Part shown: piece by piece, positions 56,794-64,000 of the stretch
Numbering within the stretch: the stretch's first letter is position 1
How the letters are laid out: every line of letters begins with the position of its first letter
NCBI GenBank assembly: GCA_937952305.1
Contig: CALFZO010000053.1
Coordinates: 14,401 to 78,400 of the forward strand
Reading direction: 5' to 3'
Source of the DNA: an uncultured Anaerolineales bacterium
GTDB taxonomy: Bacteria; Chloroflexota; Anaerolineae; Anaerolineales; UBA6663
Length of the DNA: 64,000 nucleotides
Position numbers and translations under genes: made by a program
Notes under the pieces: generated by a model
The model's input: the letters and a program-made list of their open reading frames with translations, nothing else
Database searches by the model: none
What the model was told of the DNA's origin: nothing

Positions 56794-58404
56794 ATGAGCG
56801 TTTGGCTGAATTCCCTGTGGAAGAAGCTCTTCGGTCCGCCGGCCGGGTCGGCCCCGGCCGATCCGGCCCCCGCCCCGCCGGTGGAGGCGGGGGCGTCGCC
56901 GGCTATCCTGGATCTGGACATCGCGCCCCACGACCCGCTGGCCGCCTACTTCCAGAGCGCGCCCCATCCGGTGGAGATCGACAAGCTCAACTTCGACTCG
57001 CCGGCCCTGCGCCAGCTCAAGGCCAACGGCACCCGGCTGGTTGTCCCGCTGGTCAGCCAGGGCGAGTTGATCGGCCTGATCAACCTCGGGCCGCGCCGCA
57101 GCGAGCAGGATTACTCGGCCGACGACCGCGGCCTGCTGAGCAACCTGGCCACCCAGGCGGCCCCGGCCGTGCGTGTGGCCCAGCTCGTCCGGCAGCAGCA
57201 ACTGGAAGCGCAGGAACGCGAGCGCATGGAGCAGGAGCTGCGCGTCGCACGCCTGATCCAGCAGACGCTGCTCCCGCGCGAACTGCCGCAGCTGGCCGGT
57301 TGGAACCTCTCGGCCTACTACCAGCCGGCCCGCGCCGTCGGCGGCGACTTCTACGACTTTATCCGCCTGGAGGACGGCCGGCTGGTGCTGATCATCGGCG
57401 ACGTGACCGACAAGGGTGTGCCGGCGGCCCTGGTGATGGCCACCACGCGCAGCATCCTGCGCTCCGGCGCCCAGCGCTGGGCCTCGCCCGGCCAGGTCCT
57501 GCAGTACGCCAACGACATGCTGGTGGGCGACATCCCGCCCAAGATGTTCGTCACCTGCCTGTACGCCCTGCTCGACCCAGCCAGCGGAAACCTGGTGTAT
57601 GCCAATGCCGGCCACGACTTGCCCTACCGCCGCCACCGCGACGGCGTGGCCGAGATGCGCGCCATCGGCATGCCGCTCGGCCTGCTGCCCGGCATGGTCT
57701 ACGACGAACAAACCGTGCAGCTGGAACCCGGCGACAGCGTGCTGCTGTACAGCGACGGCCTGGTGGAGGCCCACAATCCGCAGCGCGAGATGTTCGGGTT
57801 CCCGCGCCTGCAGGCGTGCCTGACCCAGCATCCCGGCGGCGCCGGCCTGGTGGATTACCTGCTGGCCGAACGGGCCGGCTTTGTCGGCCCGGACTGGGAC
57901 CAGGAGGACGACACGGCTCTGGTCATCCTGCAGCGCGAGGCCGCCGCCGACGACGGCCTGCGCCCGCTGGCCTCCTTTGATTGGCCCAGCGAGCCCGGCA
58001 ACGAGCGCCTGGCGATGGAGAAGGTGGCCGCGGTGGTGCGCGCGGCCGTAGACCTGCCGCCGGCGCGCCTGGAGCGCCTGAAGACGGCCGTGGCCGAGGC
58101 GACTATGAACGCCATGGAGCACGGCCACAAGTACCAGCCCGAGCTCACCGTGCACTTCGAGGTGCGCGCCTCGGCGACGCGCCTGGCCGTGCAGATCACC
58201 GACCACGGCGGCCAGCCCATGCCGCGCGCGCAGACGCCGGACCTGGACGCCAAGCTGGCCGGGCAGCAATCGCCGCGCGGCTGGGGCCTGTTCCTGATCG
58301 AGAAGATGGTGGATGAACTCAATGTGACCACGGACGGCCAGCACCACACGGTCGAGTTGGTCATGCACATACCGGAGGCTGCGCATGGCCACCAAGATGC
58401 TTGA
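56794..58404 (+). CDS. Soluble fusion protein: GAF-like C-terminal half + SpoIIE/PP2C phosphatase + RsbW-like HATPase Ser-kinase domain
   Basis: 536 aa, with GGAG 8 nt upstream. N-terminus: VVPLVSQGELIGLINLGPRRSEQDYSADDRGLLSNLATQAAPAVRVAQLV. PP2C motifs: RLIQQTLLP, VGGDFYDF, IIGDVTDKGVPAAL, LLYSDGLVEA, DDTALVIL. Kinase N-box AEATMNAMEHG and G-box GWGLFLIEKMVDEL. Confidence 0.9.
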   Translation: MSVWLNSLWKKLFGPPAGSAPADPAPAPPVEAGASPAILDLDIAPHDPLAAYFQSAPHPVEIDKLNFDSPALRQLKANGTRLVVPLVSQGELIGLINLGPRRSEQDYSADDRGLLSNLATQAAPAVRVAQLVRQQQLEAQERERMEQELRVARLIQQTLLPRELPQLAGWNLSAYYQPARAVGGDFYDFIRLEDGRLVLIIGDVTDKGVPAALVMATTRSILRSGAQRWASPGQVLQYANDMLVGDIPPKMFVTCLYALLDPASGNLVYANAGHDLPYRRHRDGVAEMRAIGMPLGLLPGMVYDEQTVQLEPGDSVLLYSDGLVEAHNPQREMFGFPRLQACLTQHPGGAGLVDYLLAERAGFVGPDWDQEDDTALVILQREAAADDGLRPLASFDWPSEPGNERLAMEKVAAVVRAAVDLPPARLERLKTAVAEATMNAMEHGHKYQPELTVHFEVRASATRLAVQITDHGGQPMPRAQTPDLDAKLAGQQSPRGWGLFLIEKMVDELNVTTDGQHHTVELVMHIPEAAHGHQDA

Positions 58405-58735
58405 AACCGCTCTGCGGCGCCACGGCGACGTCGCCATCCTGGACCTGACCGGCGAGATCGACGGTTTTGCCGACGAGGTCCTCAACGCCGCCTACGCCGC
58501 GGCCGAGCAGACCGCGCCGCGCGCGATCCTGCTCAACTTCAAAGGCGTCGACTACATCAACAGCACCGGCATCGCCCTGATCGTGGGCCTGCTGGCCCAG
58601 GCGCGCCGCGCCGGCCGAAAGCTGCTCACCTGTCACCTCGGCCCGCATTACACCGAGATTTTCCAGATCACGCGCCTGGCCGATTTCATGAGCCTGTATC
58701 CGGACGAAGCCAGCGCGCTGGCTCAGGACAGCTGA
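58385..58735 (+). CDS. STAS-domain anti-sigma-factor antagonist-like protein (RsbV/SpoIIAA family), copy 1
   Basis: 116 aa, with GGAGG 8 nt upstream. Its start overlaps the previous stop by 20 nt. Sequence: DVAILDLTGEIDGFA...LLNFKGVDYINSTGIALIVGLL, with a candidate phospho-Ser in NSTG. Confidence 0.9.
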   Translation: MATKMLETALRRHGDVAILDLTGEIDGFADEVLNAAYAAAEQTAPRAILLNFKGVDYINSTGIALIVGLLAQARRAGRKLLTCHLGPHYTEIFQITRLADFMSLYPDEASALAQDS

Positions 58736-58775
58736 CCGCCGCCGCGCCCTCGGCTGTTCATCACTCGGAGGCCTA

Positions 58776-59129
58776 ATGTCCAAACCCAACCTTCGCCTGT
58801 CCGTCCGCCCGCTGGGCGGCGGCTGTTGCGCCATCGACCTCTTTGGCGAGGTGACCGCCTTCGCCGAGAACAGCCTGATGGACGCCTACACGCAGGCCAC
58901 CGGCGCCGGCGCCACCACCCTGCTCCTCAACTTCAGCGGCCTGGAGTACATGAACAGCTCCGGCATCGGCCTGCTGGTGACGCTGCTCATCCGCGCCAAT
59001 CGGCACACGCCGCGCCAGCGCCTGCTGGCCGTCGGTCTGAGCGAGCACTACCGCCAGATCTTCGAGCTGACGCGCCTGAACGAGGCCATCGGCATCTACG
59101 CCACAGAGGCCGAGGCCCTGGCCGCGTAA
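58776..59129 (+). CDS. STAS-domain anti-sigma-factor antagonist-like protein, copy 2
   Basis: 117 aa, with GGAGG 5 nt upstream: CCAIDLFGEVTAFA...LLNFSGLEYMNSSGIGLLVTLL. Confidence 0.9.
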   Translation: MSKPNLRLSVRPLGGGCCAIDLFGEVTAFAENSLMDAYTQATGAGATTLLLNFSGLEYMNSSGIGLLVTLLIRANRHTPRQRLLAVGLSEHYRQIFELTRLNEAIGIYATEAEALAA

Positions 59130-59149
59130 CAGCCCGTGTGGAGGTCGCC

Positions 59150-59908
59150 ATGACCGAACCTGCCCCCAACCCCGCCCCGCGGGATGCCGGCCAATGGGCC
59201 CGGCCCGTGGACAAGCTCAACCTCTCCGGCGTGCAGGCCGGCGGCATCCGCCTGAACGTCGAGGGCCGGCACCTCACCGGGCCGATCCGCGGCTTCGGCC
59301 AGATGTGGCAGAAGACTTATTGGGTGCGCCTGCCCGGCGCCGCCGCCGCCCCGGCCGACGTCATCGCGGTCTGGAAGGCCGAGTTCCCGAACTTCTGGCC
59401 CAAGGGCAACCGCTTTTACGGGCCGTTGACGGGCATTCGGCCGGGCGAGGTGGCCGTGCTGAACTTGGCCGGCCCGGGCGGCGTCACCGCCCCCGGCGAT
59501 ACGCCCGTTATCGCCACCGGCATCATGGTGATCTTCGCCGACGACGTCTCCTTCAGCTTCATGACGCCGGAAGGCCACATCCTGGCCGGCCTGATCACGT
59601 TCAGCGCTCACACCGACGAAGGCGCGACCGTGGCCCAGGTGCAGGCCCTGATCCGGACCATGGACCCGCTTTACGAGCTGATGTTCCGGGTGGGCATCGG
59701 CCACAAGACCGAGGACGATTTCTGGCTGGCCACGCTGCGCAGCCTGGCGGCGCGCTTCGGCGTCAACGGCCTGCCGCAGCTGCGCTCGGCGCTGGTGGAC
59801 CCGCGCGTGCAGTGGTCGGAGGCCAAGAACGTCTGGCAGAACGCGGCCATCCGCACCGGCCTGTATCTGCCCGTGGCCTTGCTCAAGAAAGTTTTCCGCC
59901 GCGCCTGA
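59150..59908 (+). CDS. Conserved hypothetical protein, tandem paralogue A (family not recognised)
   Basis: ORF 58826..59908 trimmed to ATG 59150 (GGAGG 5 nt upstream), because the 5' part overlaps the STAS gene out of frame. Sequence: MTEPAPNPAPRDAGQWARPVDKLNL...IRGFGQMWQKTYWVRLPG...VWKAEFPNFWPKGNRFYGPLTGIRPGEV. Confidence 0.7.
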   Translation: MTEPAPNPAPRDAGQWARPVDKLNLSGVQAGGIRLNVEGRHLTGPIRGFGQMWQKTYWVRLPGAAAAPADVIAVWKAEFPNFWPKGNRFYGPLTGIRPGEVAVLNLAGPGGVTAPGDTPVIATGIMVIFADDVSFSFMTPEGHILAGLITFSAHTDEGATVAQVQALIRTMDPLYELMFRVGIGHKTEDDFWLATLRSLAARFGVNGLPQLRSALVDPRVQWSEAKNVWQNAAIRTGLYLPVALLKKVFRRA

Positions 59909-59915
59909 GGCCGCC

Positions 59916-60671
59916 ATGTCTAACCCGCTTCCCCCCGCCCCCGCGCCGCGCGATGCCGCCTTCTGGGCCAGACCGATGACCAAGATCACGGTGGAGGCCG
60001 TGCCGGCCGGCGCCGTCAACCTCAATGTCGACGGCCACACCATCGTCAGCCCGCTGCAGGGCTTCGGCGCGCTCTGGCAGAAAACGTACCGGGTGCGCCT
60101 GCCCGGCGTGACGACCAGTGCCGCGGACGTGATGCGCGTCTGGAAGGAGAACTTCCCCAAGTTCCAGCCGCCCGGCAACCACTTTTATCCGCCCAGCACG
60201 GGCATCGACCCCGGCCGCGTCATCTTCATCGACAGCACCCTGCCCATCTTCCCCGGCCTGCCCGGCCTGATACCGATCGCGGCCGGCGTGGTCGTGATCT
60301 ACGAAGACGACGAGTGCTTCACGGTGATGACGCCGGACGGCTTCCCGGAGTCCGGCTGGAATACGTTCAGCGTAACGGACGAGGCCGGCGTGCCGGTGGC
60401 CCAGGTGCAATCCCTGGCGCGCGCCGCCGATCCCGTCTACGAGTTTGGCATGTACCTGATGGGCGGGGCCGAGATGCAGGAGAAAACCTGGCAGCACGTG
60501 CTCACGGCTCTGGCCGCCTACTTCGGCGTGGCCGGCCAGGTGCAGATGCACAAGGTCTGCCTGGACCCGCGCTGGCAGTGGCGCGAGGCCCGCAACCTGT
60601 GGCGCAACGCCGCGCTGCGCACCTTCTTCTACCTGCCGGTGGCGCTGGCCCGGAAGGCGCTGCGGCGCTGA
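59916..60671 (+). CDS. Conserved hypothetical protein, tandem paralogue B
   Basis: 251 aa: MSNPLPPAPAPRDAAFWARPMTKITV...LQGFGALWQKTYRVRLPG...VWKENFPKFQPPGNHFYPPSTGIDPGRV. It aligns end to end with paralogue A. Confidence 0.7.
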   Translation: MSNPLPPAPAPRDAAFWARPMTKITVEAVPAGAVNLNVDGHTIVSPLQGFGALWQKTYRVRLPGVTTSAADVMRVWKENFPKFQPPGNHFYPPSTGIDPGRVIFIDSTLPIFPGLPGLIPIAAGVVVIYEDDECFTVMTPDGFPESGWNTFSVTDEAGVPVAQVQSLARAADPVYEFGMYLMGGAEMQEKTWQHVLTALAAYFGVAGQVQMHKVCLDPRWQWREARNLWRNAALRTFFYLPVALARKALRR

Positions 60672-60722
60672 GCGCGGCGCTATACTATCCGAGGTCCGGC
60701 TGCGCGCTGGACCCGTGTCCCT

Positions 60723-62174
60723 ATGCCTGACTCAGCTGAGCTGGATGCCGTCGTCGTCGGCGCCGGGCCCAACGGCCTGGCCGCCGCCATCACCCTGGCG
60801 CGGGCCGGGCTGCGCGTGCGCGTCTACGAGGCGGCGGCAACGGTCGGCGGCGGCACGCGCTCGGCCGAGCTGACGCTGCCCGGCTTCCTGCACGACGTGT
60901 GCTCGGCCGTCCATCCGCTCGGGCTGGCCTCGCCTTTCTTCCGCTCACTGCCCCTGGCCGAGCTCGGTCTCGAATTTATCCAGCCGCCCCTGCCGCTGGC
61001 GCATCCGCTGGACGATGGCAGCGCCGTGGCCCTGGCGCGCTCCGTGGACGAGACGGCCGCCGGGCTGGGCGGCGACGCCGCCGCCTATCGCCGCGTGGCC
61101 GGGTTCCTCAAGGACGAGTGGCAGAAGATCATCGCCGAGTTCCTGGGCCCGCTGCGCGCGCCGCGCCATCCGCTGGCCATGACCGGCTTCGGTCTGCTCG
61201 CCCTCCAGTCCGCGCGCGGACTAGCCGAGCGGGCCTTTCGCGGCCCGCGCGCCCGAGCCTTGTTCGCGGGCCTGGCCGCGCACTCCATCCAGCCGCTGGA
61301 GGCTTCGCCCACGGCCGCCTTCGGGCTGATGCTCGGCATGCTCGCGCACGGCGTCGGCTGGCCGGTGGTGCGCGGCGGCTCACAGCAGATCGCCGAGGCC
61401 CTGGCCCGCCAACTGCGCTGCCTGGGCGGCGAGATCGTCACCGGCTGGCGCGTCGACCGATTGGAGGCCCTGCCCTCCGCCCGGCTGGCGCTCCTGGACG
61501 TGACGCCGCGCCAATTTCTGGCGCTGGCCGGGCCGCGCCTGCCCGGCTCTTACCGGGAGGCGCTGACGCGCTATCGCTACGGGCCGGGCGTGTTCAAGCT
61601 GGATTTCGCGCTGGACGGCCCCGTGCCGTGGCGCGCGCCCGAGTGCCATCAGGCCGGCACCGTCCACCTCGGCGGCACGCTGCCCGAGATCGCGGCCTCG
61701 GAGAGCGCGATCTGGCGCGGCCAGGTAGTTGAGCGCCCATACGTGCTGGTGGCCCAGCAGAGCCTGTTCGATCCGGGGCGCGCGCCGGCCGGCCGGCACA
61801 CGCTCTGGGCCTACTGCCACGTGCCGCACGGCTCGACCCAGGACATGCGTGGCGCGATCGAGGCCCAGATCGAGCGCTTTGCGCCAGGCTTCCGCGAGCG
61901 CATCCTGGCGCGCCACACCTACACCGCAACGGAGCTCGAGCGCTACAACCCCAACTACGTCGGCGGCGACATCAACGGCGGCGTGCAGGATTTCCGGCAG
62001 CTGTTCACGCGGCCGGCGGTGCGTTTTCCGCCCTACAGCACGCCGCTGCCCGGCGTCTTCCTGTGCTCGTCGTCCACGCCGCCCGGCGGCGGCGTCCACG
62101 GGATGTGCGGCTATTACGCCGCGCAGGCCGCCCTGGCCGCGTTGCAGCGCGGCTCCCCGCGCGCCCTCCCGTAA
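60723..62174 (+). CDS. Phytoene desaturase (CrtI)-family FAD/NAD(P)-dependent oxidoreductase
   Basis: 483 aa: DAVVVGAGPNGLAAAITLARAGLRVRVYEAAATVGGG (dinucleotide-binding fold), with length and C-terminal pattern typical of CrtI-like amine-oxidase-fold enzymes. Confidence 0.8.
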   Translation: MPDSAELDAVVVGAGPNGLAAAITLARAGLRVRVYEAAATVGGGTRSAELTLPGFLHDVCSAVHPLGLASPFFRSLPLAELGLEFIQPPLPLAHPLDDGSAVALARSVDETAAGLGGDAAAYRRVAGFLKDEWQKIIAEFLGPLRAPRHPLAMTGFGLLALQSARGLAERAFRGPRARALFAGLAAHSIQPLEASPTAAFGLMLGMLAHGVGWPVVRGGSQQIAEALARQLRCLGGEIVTGWRVDRLEALPSARLALLDVTPRQFLALAGPRLPGSYREALTRYRYGPGVFKLDFALDGPVPWRAPECHQAGTVHLGGTLPEIAASESAIWRGQVVERPYVLVAQQSLFDPGRAPAGRHTLWAYCHVPHGSTQDMRGAIEAQIERFAPGFRERILARHTYTATELERYNPNYVGGDINGGVQDFRQLFTRPAVRFPPYSTPLPGVFLCSSSTPPGGGVHGMCGYYAAQAALAALQRGSPRALP

Positions 62175-62198
62175 CAACGGCCGCCTCCCAAAACAATA

Positions 62199-62217
62199 AG
62201 CCGGCCCGTGGCCGGCT
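62199..62217 (-). terminator. Short hairpin with T-rich tail downstream of the R2-like gene
   Basis: AGCCGGCC-cgt-GGCCGGCT forms an 8-bp stem. On the minus strand it is followed by TTATTGTTTT. It lies between convergent genes. Confidence 0.4.
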
Positions 62218-62246
62218 CGTCATCCCACAGGCGAAGGCGCGGACGG

Positions 62247-63089
62247 TCAACGCGGCGCGGGCGCGCCGGGCAGGCCGGCGTAGGCGCGCTGCAGCACGCC
62301 ATAGCGTTTCTGGAACTGGTCCAGCGCGTACTCGGTCATCTCGGCCAGATCGAGGCCGAACGGGATCTGGTCGCCGTAGCGCGCCAGGGCGTCCGGGATC
62401 ACGCCGATGGCCAGAGGCAGCAAGTCATTCAGCGTGTCGTTGTAGTCATCCCACAGATCCGGTTGAGCGCTGAGCAGTTGGGTCAGCGCGTACAGGCCGT
62501 AGGCGATGTGGCGACTCTCATCGCGCTTGATGTGTTCAAAGCCCGCCACCAGGCCCGGCAGGACGCCGCGCCGCTGGCAGGCCAGGAACGCGGCCTGATA
62601 ACCGGTCTCGGCCAAAACGCCTTCGACGGTGACGTGATACGTCAGGTAGGCCCGCGCCAGCGCCCGCGGGGATTGGTCGGTCAGCAAGGCGTCCAGGGCC
62701 TGCGGCAGCCGCTCGAAGAAAAGCGTGCGGTAGTTCGGGCCGTAGTAGTGGTCCTGGTCCACGGGCTGGCGCACCACCTCGGCCAACCAGCGGCTGAACC
62801 ATTCCACGTGCAGGCTCTCGTCGAAGAGCTGCGTGGTCAGGTACATCTCCTCCTCGCGCCGGCCGCCCAGCCGGCCCACCGCCCACAGCAGCGGCGCCAG
62901 GTCGGTGGCCACCGCCTCCTCGCCGGCGCTGAACATCGACAACAGGTTGAGCAGCACATCCTGCTCGGCGGCGGCCAGCGCCGCCCAATCGCGGAGGTCG
63001 GCGGCCAGGTCGAGGGCGGCCGGATCCCAGCGGTACTTCTTGGCGAGCTGGTAATCGCGCAGCGGCGGGAGATCGTGGCGCAGCGGCAT
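62247..63089 (-). CDS. Ferritin-like diiron protein of the ribonucleotide reductase R2 / R2-like ligand-binding oxidase family
   Basis: 280 aa with paired E..H metal motifs (FDESLHVEWF and RDESRHIAYG) and additional carboxylates (SAGEEAV, VEGVLAETG). Confidence 0.8.
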   Translation of the reverse strand: MPLRHDLPPLRDYQLAKKYRWDPAALDLAADLRDWAALAAAEQDVLLNLLSMFSAGEEAVATDLAPLLWAVGRLGGRREEEMYLTTQLFDESLHVEWFSRWLAEVVRQPVDQDHYYGPNYRTLFFERLPQALDALLTDQSPRALARAYLTYHVTVEGVLAETGYQAAFLACQRRGVLPGLVAGFEHIKRDESRHIAYGLYALTQLLSAQPDLWDDYNDTLNDLLPLAIGVIPDALARYGDQIPFGLDLAEMTEYALDQFQKRYGVLQRAYAGLPGAPAPR

Positions 63090-63110
63090 CGGGTTGGCGT
63101 CTCAGAGCGC

Positions 63111-63809
63111 TCAGGCGTCCGGGTTGTCTAAACGGAATCCATGGCCGCGGACGGTAGCCACGAATTGGGCCTGCGGGTCCACCTCGGCCAGCCGGTCGCG
63201 CAGGCGCCGCACCAGAGCATCGATGGCCTGCTCGGAGACACCGGCACCCTGGGTCTCCGGCCAGACCGTGTCGATGATGGCCTCGCGCGAGCAGACCTCG
63301 CCCGGATGCGCGAAGAGCAGCTCCAGGAAGCGGAATTGCGGCGCGGAGAGCGGCGGGTCCAGCTCGTGCTCGCCCACCCAGACCCGCCGCGCGGCGCTGT
63401 CCAGGCGCAGGCGGCCGGCCGCCGGGCGCGGCTGGGCCTCCGCTTGGGCCAGGACGCTGGCCAGCGGGCTGCCCGCCTGCAGCGGCACGGTGGCTTCCGA
63501 ACCCACATACGCCAGACGCGCCACCAGGGCCACCTGGATCAGATCGCCGTCCTGCAGCCGCACCCGGCCCTGCACCGGCTGGCCGTTGAGGTGCGTGCCG
63601 TTCTTGCTGCCGAGGTCCTCCAGCTCAAAGCCGTCCGGCGTGCGCAGCAGCCGGGCGTGCGTGCGGCTTACCTGGCGGTCCGGAATCACAATATCGTTGT
63701 CGGGCTCGCGCCCGATCGTCAGTTCAGATTTAGTGAGCGCCCAGCGCTGCCCGGCGGCCGGGCCGGTCTGGGCAATCACGATGGGCACACGCTCGTCGCC
63801 AATCATCAT
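63111..63809 (-). CDS. FHA domain fused to OmpR/PhoB-type winged-helix DNA-binding domain
   Basis: 232 aa. FHA: LTIGREPDNDIVIPDRQVSRTHARLLRTPDGFELEDLGSKNGTHLNGQPV. C-terminal trans_reg_C-like domain: LSAPQFRFLELLFAHPGEVCSREAIIDTVWP...IDALVRRLRDRL...VATVRGHGFRL. Confidence 0.85.
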   Translation of the reverse strand: MMIGDERVPIVIAQTGPAAGQRWALTKSELTIGREPDNDIVIPDRQVSRTHARLLRTPDGFELEDLGSKNGTHLNGQPVQGRVRLQDGDLIQVALVARLAYVGSEATVPLQAGSPLASVLAQAEAQPRPAAGRLRLDSAARRVWVGEHELDPPLSAPQFRFLELLFAHPGEVCSREAIIDTVWPETQGAGVSEQAIDALVRRLRDRLAEVDPQAQFVATVRGHGFRLDNPDA

Positions 63810-64000
63810 CGGCCTCTATCCGGTTCGAGTTATAATTACCCGCAGTAGCAGGCTGCTCACGAACTGCACAGAGCCAGTTCGCGCCGGAGCTCGTGCCGCC
63901 CGCGTGGGGCGGCGGGAAAGCCTGCGCCTCACGCTCTGCAAATACTAACGCAACTGAGGGTCATATGCTCCCGCCACTCCAGGCTGGAGATACGCTGCGC

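Noticed and set aside
63831-63836. TATAAT hexamer in the divergent region upstream of the FHA-wHTH gene, as a possible -10 box.
   Set aside because: There is no convincing -35 element at 16-19 bp spacing on either strand. A single hexamer match is not enough to call a promoter.
63965-64000. ATG at 63965 opening a plus-strand ORF (MLPPLQAGDTLR...) that runs off the window.
   Set aside because: Only 12 codons are visible, so no product can be supported.

Overview
Very GC-rich bacterial chromosomal segment with no rRNA, canonical tRNA, CRISPR array, transposase or integrase. The taxon cannot be determined. The CheC/CheD/CheX set, a SARP-AAA-TPR regulator, MshEN-type motifs and SpoIIE/STAS modules loosely suggest a Chloroflexota- or Actinomycetota-like organism, which is inference only. 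Bases 1-37326 are entirely minus-strand and form a chemosensory supercluster. It holds eight methyl-accepting chemotaxis protein (MCP) genes, one cut by the window edge, and a REC-PAS-histidine kinase with two single-domain response regulators. It also holds a core che operon (cheA-cheC-cheD-cheY-cheB-cheR-cheX-cheX), then a PAS-GGDEF cyclase, cheW and an MCP. Upstream of these sit an HTH gene, a Hanks Ser/Thr kinase and a SARP/AAA/TPR regulator. Bases 37447-62174 are plus-strand. They carry two dihaem cytochromes c and six paralogous roughly 10-TM orphan sensor-like membrane proteins, interleaved with a FecR lipoprotein, a flavoprotein disulfide reductase, two alpha/beta hydrolases and two GT1 glycosyltransferases. 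The array ends in a partner-switching module (one SpoIIE-PP2C/RsbW-like kinase fusion, two STAS proteins, two unknown tandem paralogues) and a CrtI-like oxidoreductase. The window closes with minus-strand R2-like diiron and FHA-wHTH genes. The three observations I rate most interesting are listed here. (1) An MCP has a roughly 140-aa globular domain replacing the hairpin tip of its signalling domain. (2) CheA carries a tandem MshEN-type (c-di-GMP receptor) motif between P2 and P3, in a cluster that also encodes a diguanylate cyclase. (3) The six output-less membrane sensor modules lie upstream of a single soluble phosphatase/kinase that starts where they stop. Many long ORFs in the track are antisense shadows of real genes, and several real ORFs have spurious N-terminal extensions that I trimmed.
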